From NCBI GenBank assembly GCA_965218195.1, contig OZ244593.1, positions 3,061,413 through 3,125,412 of the forward strand: 64,000 nt of DNA, given 5' to 3'. The notes beneath the pieces were generated by a model that had not been told where the DNA came from, searched no databases, and saw only the letters and a program-made list of their open reading frames with translations. Position 1 is the first letter of the stretch, and each line of letters starts with the position of its first letter. Of this stretch, positions 29,196 through 37,623 are shown piece by piece. The position numbers and the translations under genes were made by a program. The stretch is from Chloroflexota bacterium (lineage in GTDB: Bacteria > Chloroflexota > UBA11872 > VXNJ01).

Positions 29196-32027
29196 TTATC
29201 CACCAGCGTCGAGGGACGGAGCGGCGAGCGTGTCGATGTCCACCGCGCGGGAGCGCTCGCTCGTTCCGGCCGCGTTGATCGCCCTGATCCGGTAGCTGTA
29301 GGGCGTCTCCGCCTGCACCGTGGCATCGGTATAGGTGGTGGCCGCAGTCCCGGTGTTCGCCACGAGAATGTGGAATTCGCCCTCGGCATCGGTATCGCGG
29401 TTGCGCCGGAGTATCACGTAGCCGCTGATGGAATCGTCGCCGGGGTCGTCCCAGCCGAGGAGCGCTCCGTTGAAGGCCGCCGCCACTATCAGGCGAGTGG
29501 GCTTGGCGGGCGGCTTCGCAGATGCTTGCGTTTCTTCCCGCTGCTCCTGCTTGCGCTCCACCGGGGTCGTGGTCAGCGCGGCGAGCGTGTCGATGTCCAC
29601 CGCGCGGGAGCGCTCGCTCGTTCCGGCCGCGTTGATCGCCCTGATCCGGTAGCTGTAGGGCGCCTCCGGCTGCACCGTGTCATCGATATAGCTCGTGGCC
29701 GCCGTGCCCGTGTCCGCCACCAGCGTGGTGAACTGGCCGCCGGCATCGGTATCGCGGTTGCGCCGCAGGACCACGTAGCCGGTGATGGAGTTGTCGCCGG
29801 GATCGACCCAGACGAGGATCACTCCGTTGAAGGCCGCCGCCGCCATCAGGCCAGTGGGCTTGGCGGGCGCTTGCGCCTCCAACCGGGGGCTAGTTTGTCC
29901 CCGGCGCTCAACGGACCGCTCCGCAGGTGCTTGCGTTTCTTCCTGCTGCTCCTGCTTGCGCTCCACCGGGGTCGTGGTCAGCGCGGCGGGCGTGCCGATG
30001 TCCACCCCGCGGGAGCGCTCGCTCGTTCCGGCCGCGTTGATCGCCTTGATCGAGTAGGTATAGGGCTTCTCCGCCTGCACCGTGGCATCGGTATAGCTCG
30101 TGGCCGCCGTGCCCGTGTCCGTGTCCGCCACGAGAGTGTGGAATTCGCCCGCGGCGTCGACGCCGCGGACGCGCCTGAGTATCACGTAGCCGGTGATGGT
30201 GCTGTCGCCGGGGTCGTCCCAAGTCAGGGTGACGGCGCCCTGGGACGCCTGGGCCGACAGGCCGGTGGGACTGGCCGGCGGCGAGACGAACCGCACGCTG
30301 CGTGGCTCCGGCACCCGCACCGTCACCGTCGGCAGCGGGTAGTCCTCGAAGTCGTAGTTCGACTGCGCCTGGCTCTGCGAATCCATCGTCGTGCCCGAGG
30401 CCTCGTGGCTCAGCGCCGCCGTCCCGGACGCGGAGGATCGGACGTCCACCGTCACCGTCTGACTCCGGAACCAGTTCTCGCCGGTGAACCGCAGCGTCGC
30501 CGGGGACGCGGTCGCCACGGCCGTGTTAGAAGAGCTCACCCCTATACTCACCGGGTTCGCGGTTGTGGAGTCGGACGCCGCCATCAGGCGCACCTGATAC
30601 GTCGCCGTGCCCCCCGCCGCGACCTCCAGGACCGCGTCGCCCGCGCCGCCCGCCACCTGGAGCTTCCTGCGGCCTTGCCGGTCCACCCGCAGCTCCGTCA
30701 GCGCCGGCAGCGCCTCGAACTCGTCGTAGGGCAGCGACCGCAGCGACGGGTTCTGCTGCAGCCGCAGCGTCGCGAGCGACCGCAGGCCCGCGAACACCCC
30801 GGCCGGCAGCGACCGCAGCCGGTTCTTGTTCAGGTTCAGCGTCTGCAGGCTCGTCAGCCCGCCGAACACCTCGGCCGGCAGCGACCGCAGCCCGGTGTCC
30901 GCGAGGTCCAACTCCTCCAGGTTCAACAGCCCCTCGAAGTCCTGCCGCCGCAGGCTGAGCGTGAACCCCGACTCGGTGGATGGGTTGCGGCGCAGGCCGA
31001 GGAACCTCACCTTCGCCAGATGCGTCTCGTTCACCTCGGCGCAGCCGCCCTTGAATCCGTGCACGTACTTCAGCCGCACCAGGATGCGGTCGCGGACGCG
31101 CGCCGTGCGGTCGCAGATGCCCTGGATGCGGAGCTGGTCGTTGTCGACGATGATGACCCTCGCGTGACACGGGTCGCACGCCGCGCCCTCCGATGACGCC
31201 TGGAACGCGACCACCGGCGACAGTCCGGGATCCTTTTCGAGTTTCAGTTGGATGTACTCGTCCCCCTCGATTTCCAGATCGTCAATTACCGTCAACCGCA
31301 CTTCCTTGCGGGCCGTGAACACCGAGCCGTCCGGTTCGAAGTCCGAAGGGGCGATTTCGACCCCCACGGACAGGCCATCGAAGTCCACATTGCTGGTTGC
31401 CTGGCCTTGTTGGCCGGTTCCCTTGGTGCTGAAGGCTATATGGATGCTCGCAGCGGGCACCGGCACACCGGCCGCCGTCCTGGCGACGATCGCGACAACG
31501 GTGTCGCCGTGCGCGGCGTCCTCGGCGAACCTGTACTCGGGCTGCTCGTGCCACACGGTTACGGCCGGATCGGCCACCAGGACGCCCACGGTCGCCGTAG
31601 CGGGCGTGCCCGCCACGTAGCCCGTCCCGTCCCGCACGGTCGCCGTGATGCTGCCGTTCTGCGTGACCTCGTGGCCGGCAAATTCGTCCCACGCCAACAT
31701 CCTCAGCTCTGCGGTGTCCTGGCCTGCCCCGAAGGTCACGGTTTGCAAAAGCGCCGATCCCTCCAGAAAGTCCCGGTCCTGCGTGAGCACGACGTTGACG
31801 TCCAGCTCCTCCGTGGCGACCGTGCGGGTCAGCGTGAAATCCATGTGGTCAAGCTCCGCGATGATCGTCTGACGGTCCGCCGCGATGGTCACCTCAGGCG
31901 TGGTCTGCGCCGAGACCGGCTTGGCCCCGAAGTGCAGGACCACCGCCAACACGGCGACCGGTAGGGCCAGCGCCGCTATGGCGGCGAGCAGGATGGGGAA
32001 TCGTCGTCTAGCGGTGCGAGTCATCAT
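29196..32027 (-). CDS. Secreted/surface protein (943 aa) with a signal peptide, a central LRR block and three C-terminal tandem fibronectin-III-like repeats.
   Basis: The N-terminus is MMTRTARRRFPILLAAIAALALPVAVLA. LRRs follow (L..L.L..N.L.SLP...F.GL). There are three repeats of about 120 aa (...TGY.V.RR.R..DA.G.F..LV..T.T.AT.Y.D.TV...PY.Y.I.A.NAAGTSERSR.V). Confidence 0.75.
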   Translation of the reverse strand: MMTRTARRRFPILLAAIAALALPVAVLAVVLHFGAKPVSAQTTPEVTIAADRQTIIAELDHMDFTLTRTVATEELDVNVVLTQDRDFLEGSALLQTVTFGAGQDTAELRMLAWDEFAGHEVTQNGSITATVRDGTGYVAGTPATATVGVLVADPAVTVWHEQPEYRFAEDAAHGDTVVAIVARTAAGVPVPAASIHIAFSTKGTGQQGQATSNVDFDGLSVGVEIAPSDFEPDGSVFTARKEVRLTVIDDLEIEGDEYIQLKLEKDPGLSPVVAFQASSEGAACDPCHARVIIVDNDQLRIQGICDRTARVRDRILVRLKYVHGFKGGCAEVNETHLAKVRFLGLRRNPSTESGFTLSLRRQDFEGLLNLEELDLADTGLRSLPAEVFGGLTSLQTLNLNKNRLRSLPAGVFAGLRSLATLRLQQNPSLRSLPYDEFEALPALTELRVDRQGRRKLQVAGGAGDAVLEVAAGGTATYQVRLMAASDSTTANPVSIGVSSSNTAVATASPATLRFTGENWFRSQTVTVDVRSSASGTAALSHEASGTTMDSQSQAQSNYDFEDYPLPTVTVRVPEPRSVRFVSPPASPTGLSAQASQGAVTLTWDDPGDSTITGYVILRRVRGVDAAGEFHTLVADTDTGTAATSYTDATVQAEKPYTYSIKAINAAGTSERSRGVDIGTPAALTTTPVERKQEQQEETQAPAERSVERRGQTSPRLEAQAPAKPTGLMAAAAFNGVILVWVDPGDNSITGYVVLRRNRDTDAGGQFTTLVADTGTAATSYIDDTVQPEAPYSYRIRAINAAGTSERSRAVDIDTLAALTTTPVERKQEQREETQASAKPPAKPTRLIVAAAFNGALLGWDDPGDDSISGYVILRRNRDTDAEGEFHILVANTGTAATTYTDATVQAETPYSYRIRAINAAGTSERSRAVDIDTLAAPSLDAGG
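29200..30320 (-). repeat. Three tandem DNA repeats of about 360-400 bp, highly similar at nucleotide level, encoding the Fn3-like modules.
   Basis: The near-identical stretch GAGCGTGTCGATGTCCACCGCGCGGGAGCGCTCGCTCGTTCCGGCCGCGTTGATCGCCCTGATCCGGTAGCTGTAGGGCG recurs at about 29226, 29582 and 29990. Confidence 0.8.
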
Positions 32028-32580
32028 GGCTCCTACTCGTGCTTGCGCGGGGGTATGGGACGCAGCCCGTCCGGTCCACAGGCGTCAGCCGCTAGCGGCG
32101 CGGAGGGCGCGGTGCATTGTTGAAAGGCGTCCGACGCCGGGCCGCGGCAAGCGCCCCGGGGGAGCGTCCTTCGAGGACTTCGAGGATGTGAGCCGCGCGC
32201 TCCGACAGAGCGGCGATGGCGGAGGATCGGACCTGCCCGGACGAGCCGGGTGGGGCGAGGTGGCTAGAGCAGAGGGAAAATCCGGGCGGTGAAGGTCCGT
32301 GCTAGTCACGGGCGCCGGAGTGGGCCGAGCGGCTCGGCGCGTGCATGGAGTCGTCGAGAGTCATGAGAACGCCTCCCCCGTGAGTGAGGGCCTCCCCGCC
32401 GTCCGGCGCGATGCCCCTCTTGTTCTCAAGAGGGAATCGAACAGGACGCGCGCGATGTGTGTCAATGACATAAGCTCACTTGGTCAAAGCGCTGCATTCG
32501 GCCCACGGCGTGCTATGCCATAATCCGCCTCGGCATAGTGCCGTCCCCCGCGGACGGCCCCTGTATGGACACTCGCGACC

Positions 32581-33531
32581 TTGTCGGGCCTGCCCCCGCT
32601 TGAGAGCCTGCGCTTCTTCGAGGCCGCGGCCCGCCATGAGAGCTTCGCGCGCGCCGCGGCCGAGCTGGGTGTCACGGCGGCGGCCGTCGCCTACCACGTC
32701 CGCGCCCTCGAAGCGCACCTCGACGCCCCGCTCTTCGAACGCAGGCAAAGGGGCGTGCTGCTCAACCCGCGGGGCCAGGCCCACCTCAAGGAGATACAGC
32801 ACATACTGGCCGAAGTCCACGGCGTCTCCGAGCGCCACCGCCGCCAGCCGCGGCGCGTCCGGATCATCTCGGTGGAGGCGGTCGCCGAGAAGTGGCTGGT
32901 GCCGAGGCTGGCGGCTCTCGAGACGACCCATCCCGGCATCGCCATCGAGCTGGAGACCGACCACCGCGGTGTCGACCCCGGCAGCCGCGACTTCGACGCC
33001 TGGATCGCCTACACCGGCGCGACCGCGGCGCCGCGCCCGGTGACGCGGCGCGCGGACACGCTGATCGAGGAGACGCTCTACGAGGAGCAGCTGCTGCCGG
33101 TGTGCAGCCCGGCCCTGCTGGCGGCGCGCGGGCAGCCCCGCGGCCCGGCCGAGCTGGACGGCTGGCCCCTGCTCTACGACCTGGGCTGGGACACCGACTG
33201 GGCGTACTGGTCGGCCTGCCAGAACCAGCCTGCACCGGACCTCTCGCGGTCCTCGGGCTTCCGCCTGTACAGCATGCTGGTCAACGCTGCCGTCCAGGGG
33301 CTCGGGGTCGCCATCGGGCGTCCGGCGCTGATAGCGGACGAGCTCGCGACCCGGCTGCTGGTCCCCGTGCTGGACCAGCAGGCCGACGCCCCCGAGCGCT
33401 GCTGCCTTATCACCACCGCGGGCTCGCGGCGCAAACCCGAAGTCCAGGCATTCCGCCGATGGATCCTGCGACAGGCCCAATCGCCCGCGCATCCAGGCCG
33501 TCCGCCACGTGACGACAGCCCGAGTCTGTAA
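32581..33531 (+). CDS. LysR-family transcriptional regulator.
   Basis: It has the N-terminal wHTH LESLRFFEAAARHESFARAAAELGVTAAAVAYHVRALE and a substrate-binding-domain length. The true start may lie a little upstream. Confidence 0.8.
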   Translation: MSGLPPLESLRFFEAAARHESFARAAAELGVTAAAVAYHVRALEAHLDAPLFERRQRGVLLNPRGQAHLKEIQHILAEVHGVSERHRRQPRRVRIISVEAVAEKWLVPRLAALETTHPGIAIELETDHRGVDPGSRDFDAWIAYTGATAAPRPVTRRADTLIEETLYEEQLLPVCSPALLAARGQPRGPAELDGWPLLYDLGWDTDWAYWSACQNQPAPDLSRSSGFRLYSMLVNAAVQGLGVAIGRPALIADELATRLLVPVLDQQADAPERCCLITTAGSRRKPEVQAFRRWILRQAQSPAHPGRPPRDDSPSL

Positions 33532-33939
33532 CAGAGTGGATACCCCTACCGATGCGGGCGGCGGCGCCGGGACCGCTTCGGGACGCGCCCGCCGCGGACG
33601 GCCTACGTCGCGCAGTCGGTAGGCGACATCGAGCCTGCCGCAGGCAACCGGTCACGGCGGTCCAAGGAGTAGTCGGGCCTGTCGTGGTCGGAGATTGCCG
33701 GCCGCCTCAGGACCCATGCCTACACCATGAGTTGATCGTGGTCGAGCGCAAGACCGAACCTGCCTAGTCTGCTCCCCCCAAACTGGACAAAACCGCGAGC
33801 CCTCGTGCTTTATGCCGCTAGCGAGGCAACCCCACTAGACGGCGTGTCCAAGCGAGTCGCGGGGACAGTCACCGAAACGGGCGAACGCCAAGGTCCCAGC
33901 CAAGAGCGCAGTTTAGGCGACACCAATAGGCGCGCCTAT

Positions 33940-36900
33940 TCAGGCCTCATTCTGTGGTGGTGGCACGTCTTCGATCACCACAAGTCCGCCATCACTTCCG
34001 CTCCTCGGAGAGTCAGGGAAGGGGGCGTCGTGCTGAACGTCGTCATCCCAGTATCCGTACCGCGCTGCCAATAGTCGTTCGATCGCGGGCATATCCGGAG
34101 TGTTCTGTTGGCACTCCAATCCCCAGTGGTTCAGTAGCGCCATCATGGCGAGTTGCCTATGGCGGTTCATTGCATCGGGCGTGAATGCGCCAATGGGAAC
34201 CGGCTCGGCGGTCGCACTCTCTGCGCGGAACCCCGCTTGGATCATCTCGCTCTGGGTTGCCTTTGAGGGCGGATTGAAGCCGTCTTCTGGAAATCGGTAA
34301 TTCATTGCGATGTTGAAGATGGCAGTCAAGATGTGCCAGTCAAGCCAACCCTTCGAGCGGAGTGAATCCGCGGTGGGCCGAAATTGCTCTGAGGATCCGA
34401 GCATCACGACTGTGAGTCGAAGGCTCTTGGCAAGATTCAGGTAGCGCGTGTGGAGCAGTTCCTCGGCCCTGTCTCGCGAATATGTAGGGCCTAGTCCATC
34501 CTGCCAACGAAGTTCATCGTGCGCCTTATACGTCCCTTCACGGCAGTCCCATGGAGTGCTGAATTGGCGTCCCCGAATCTCTGTCTCTGTGTCCGCGGCG
34601 AACGCGGCAGCGAGCTGGTCGTGTGGCCGTCCCGGTGAGAGCTTGTGCCTCAATCCACGCTCAAAGGCTCGCTCTATCCTCGCCGAAAAGTCGGCTTCCG
34701 GAAGAAGCGAGGCTTCGCGGAGGATCGTCGTGAGCATCGTCAATAGTTCAATGCCGATTTCATCGGGGGACGGGTCGTCATAGACGCTGATAGGTTCGAG
34801 TCGGACCACCCACTCTCGGCCGTCGTTGCTTGGAAGCCACTCAATCTGCTCCGCAACACCCGTGGAGGGTCGCCGCCTGCTCTCAATGCGTACGTTGATT
34901 TGAGTTTGAAGCAAGCACAGGTCGTCTCGCCCAAGTGCCGCAAGCATCACTTGGGCGGCGGCGGCGAATCGCTCGGCCACACGTACGGAGTCAACGTCGT
35001 TGGCCGCGACCAGAGTCCAATCAGTGCCCAAGGCGGAGAAGCGAATGCACCGAACGTCACCAAGGTCGGCGAATGGCCGGGCAACAAGTCCGATGTCGCC
35101 GAAAGACTCCCAGAAGTCCTTGTCGTTCGCATCCAGCGCATCGATTGCGCCTTCGATGATTTCCTCCGTCCCTATTCGAGTTATCGTTGCGCCGATCAAC
35201 GCAGCTAAGTCAGAATCGACAATCCTGGCACATGCACTGACGTAGGCGAGATTCATTACGGCGTCTTCAACCTCTGGGTGTCTCTCGGAATCGATGCCGT
35301 CCTCGATGAGCTCGTGCTGCGCCACCAGCCCTAGCTCATACAGCTCCGTTGCAGTACACCAGGCACCCGCAGCGAAGTCGGCACAGGCTGCCATGTGCAG
35401 ACCGGCGGGAACCAGGTCCATAAGCTCCTCGTCGGCTCTTGATGCAGCGATGTACGCAACCGCCAGAGCATAGGACTTCGACGCCTGAGGGAGCCATAGC
35501 TCAAGGTAGAGCCTCGCAATGATGATCATTGCGAGCAGCGATCCACGAACGGTTTCTCCCGACCACCAGTCGATCTTCGCCCGGTGGAGTTCCTCCAATG
35601 CATCGAGGCGACGTCCAGCCCGAAGTAACTTCATCGACCGGTCCCGTGCGCGAGCTGCGAGAGCGTTCTTCCCTGATCGCTCACCTACGGCCTCATCGAC
35701 CAGATCAAGCAACTCTCGCCACTCAGCCTGATTGCTCCAAAGCGGGACCAGCATCTGAAGAAGATCTGCCAAGCTCTGAATGGGGAAGAGTGGCGTTTCC
35801 TCAAGGTTTTCCATCAATTCCGTCCATGCTGAGAGCGCCCGTGACACATCGGTAAGTACGAGATCGTCCGGCAATGAAACATCAGGCAAAGTAGACGGCT
35901 CGCCACCTTGATCCCGGTGTTCCAGCACGTGCGCTTCGTCACTCCAGTCCCGAAAGTCGGCTTCCGTCAGTGCAGGATGCAGACCAAGAAACCCGAGGGT
36001 ATAGAGGAGACTTGCTCGACGATGCGGCGTCTCATGGGTAATGAGAACCTGTATCCGGCTCGTCAGACGATCGTTCCAATCGCTGAGTTCAGCCGAGGTG
36101 AGCGAAGACATTCCTGCTCGAACTGCGCCATTTGCGTACATGAGGAGGGTGCCTGCATCGTCCAGACGGGCGGGCTCGCTCTCGGTCAGCGACTTATCGA
36201 GATACTCACGTGCTACATCGTCGACTGGCCGGAAGTCGCCTGTACCGCGTAACGTGGTTACCACCAGTTCGTATCGCGCGCGCTGTTGGATGTGAGTGGG
36301 CAGTTCTGGGATTGTCAAGAGTTGCCGTACAAGTCCGAGCCAAAAGGGGAGGTCGGCACGCGCCGTCTGGTGAAAGACTGCCTTTCGAAGACCGGTCTTC
36401 AAGTCGACAAAGTCGCCGAGAGTGGGACTTGGAAAGCTTCTCTCACGCCATCTGCGCCTCCGCTCTACATACTCGGCTGCAAGATCATCATCGATGGCAG
36501 GTGCTTCTGGCCGAATTTCGGCCGGAACTGAAAGGAATCGCTCTGCAATCCAGAAGCCCTCGGGTCGCGCGAGAAGATTGGCGATGGATTCAGCATCGTG
36601 AAACTCGAGACGACCTTCGTACGATGCTTGAGTCTCGGTCTCCAGCTTGTGTCGAGTTCCCACCGGAACCGACTCCAGCGTAAACGCGCGAATCTCGTGA
36701 ACAGGGTGTCCGGAAGCGCAGACCTTCTTGATGTCCAGCCTGAGCTTCGCGAGCAGATCGTCCGCTTGGATAGTGCAAATGAAGGCGATCGTTCCTTCAC
36801 TGACCAATCCCAGGAACGCCCCGTGCGGACCGAGCTCTTCGCGCAGATAAGTGCGGAATGTTTCAAAGTCACGCCCTTGATCGCCCCCCGCAGACACGGG

Positions 36901-37044
36901 GCCAGTAGCAGGCAAGACGTTCGTGCAGATGAACTGCTGCGTCAGGTGTCGGCAGATGTGCTCGAATTCGTGATGGGCATTGTGAACGGGCAACTGGGAA
37001 AGAGCAAAGCGGACCTGAGCCTCGACCTCTGAAGGGCTGGCCAT
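33940..37044 (-). CDS. Large (1034 aa), mostly alpha-helical hypothetical protein with no recognisable catalytic motif. Candidate defence-island component.
   Basis: It is a long ORF with consistent codon usage. It is divergently arranged with the 715-aa nuclease-like gene. The N-terminus has an ...GGDQGRDFETF...IAFICTIQADD... segment, which is a possible but unproven nuclease-like core. Confidence 0.6.
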   Translation of the reverse strand: MASPSEVEAQVRFALSQLPVHNAHHEFEHICRHLTQQFICTNVLPATGPVSAGGDQGRDFETFRTYLREELGPHGAFLGLVSEGTIAFICTIQADDLLAKLRLDIKKVCASGHPVHEIRAFTLESVPVGTRHKLETETQASYEGRLEFHDAESIANLLARPEGFWIAERFLSVPAEIRPEAPAIDDDLAAEYVERRRRWRERSFPSPTLGDFVDLKTGLRKAVFHQTARADLPFWLGLVRQLLTIPELPTHIQQRARYELVVTTLRGTGDFRPVDDVAREYLDKSLTESEPARLDDAGTLLMYANGAVRAGMSSLTSAELSDWNDRLTSRIQVLITHETPHRRASLLYTLGFLGLHPALTEADFRDWSDEAHVLEHRDQGGEPSTLPDVSLPDDLVLTDVSRALSAWTELMENLEETPLFPIQSLADLLQMLVPLWSNQAEWRELLDLVDEAVGERSGKNALAARARDRSMKLLRAGRRLDALEELHRAKIDWWSGETVRGSLLAMIIIARLYLELWLPQASKSYALAVAYIAASRADEELMDLVPAGLHMAACADFAAGAWCTATELYELGLVAQHELIEDGIDSERHPEVEDAVMNLAYVSACARIVDSDLAALIGATITRIGTEEIIEGAIDALDANDKDFWESFGDIGLVARPFADLGDVRCIRFSALGTDWTLVAANDVDSVRVAERFAAAAQVMLAALGRDDLCLLQTQINVRIESRRRPSTGVAEQIEWLPSNDGREWVVRLEPISVYDDPSPDEIGIELLTMLTTILREASLLPEADFSARIERAFERGLRHKLSPGRPHDQLAAAFAADTETEIRGRQFSTPWDCREGTYKAHDELRWQDGLGPTYSRDRAEELLHTRYLNLAKSLRLTVVMLGSSEQFRPTADSLRSKGWLDWHILTAIFNIAMNYRFPEDGFNPPSKATQSEMIQAGFRAESATAEPVPIGAFTPDAMNRHRQLAMMALLNHWGLECQQNTPDMPAIERLLAARYGYWDDDVQHDAPFPDSPRSGSDGGLVVIEDVPPPQNEA

Positions 37045-37623
37045 TCAATCTCCTCGCACCCAATGATTCACGCCCCTATCTGCCGAAAGCATCGTACAAG
37101 AAGCCTGGGCGAGAGTCTCTCTCCCGCGAGGAGCAGGGCCTGCTGAACAACTCATCGTCGCTGACAGGCAGGCAGAGGCTCTTGGATTCTCTGGCCGTGT
37201 CAGTGAAATGCTGATGTCCAATTCCCCCGTCGTAGAGCGGAGGACGAGTTCAGATTCTCATCTGACCAAGCACATTCTTCCGGCTGTTTCGTTGAGCGAG
37301 TCCGATCGACACAGCGCTTTTGGCGAGCCGAGGCTCCATCGAAAATGCGAATTGAGCGGCAGGGGCGCGGTTACGATCGCGTCGTACAGACGCGATCGCC
37401 CATCCGAGTCGTTGCTAGGCTGACAGAGCACACAGCTCCTTGCACTGTAGTCCGCCCTTCCCTTCGACCATCCTGGTTTCCGAATCCATCCGGCCGCACC
37501 CGGGACCCGATTAGCGAGTAGTGCTATCCCTGGTACGAGTAAGGTCAACCTACACCCTCGTAAACTAGATTTCACGATCCCAGCCATCGAGACCACCAGG
37601 ACACGCTCCGAAGCACGCCCAGA

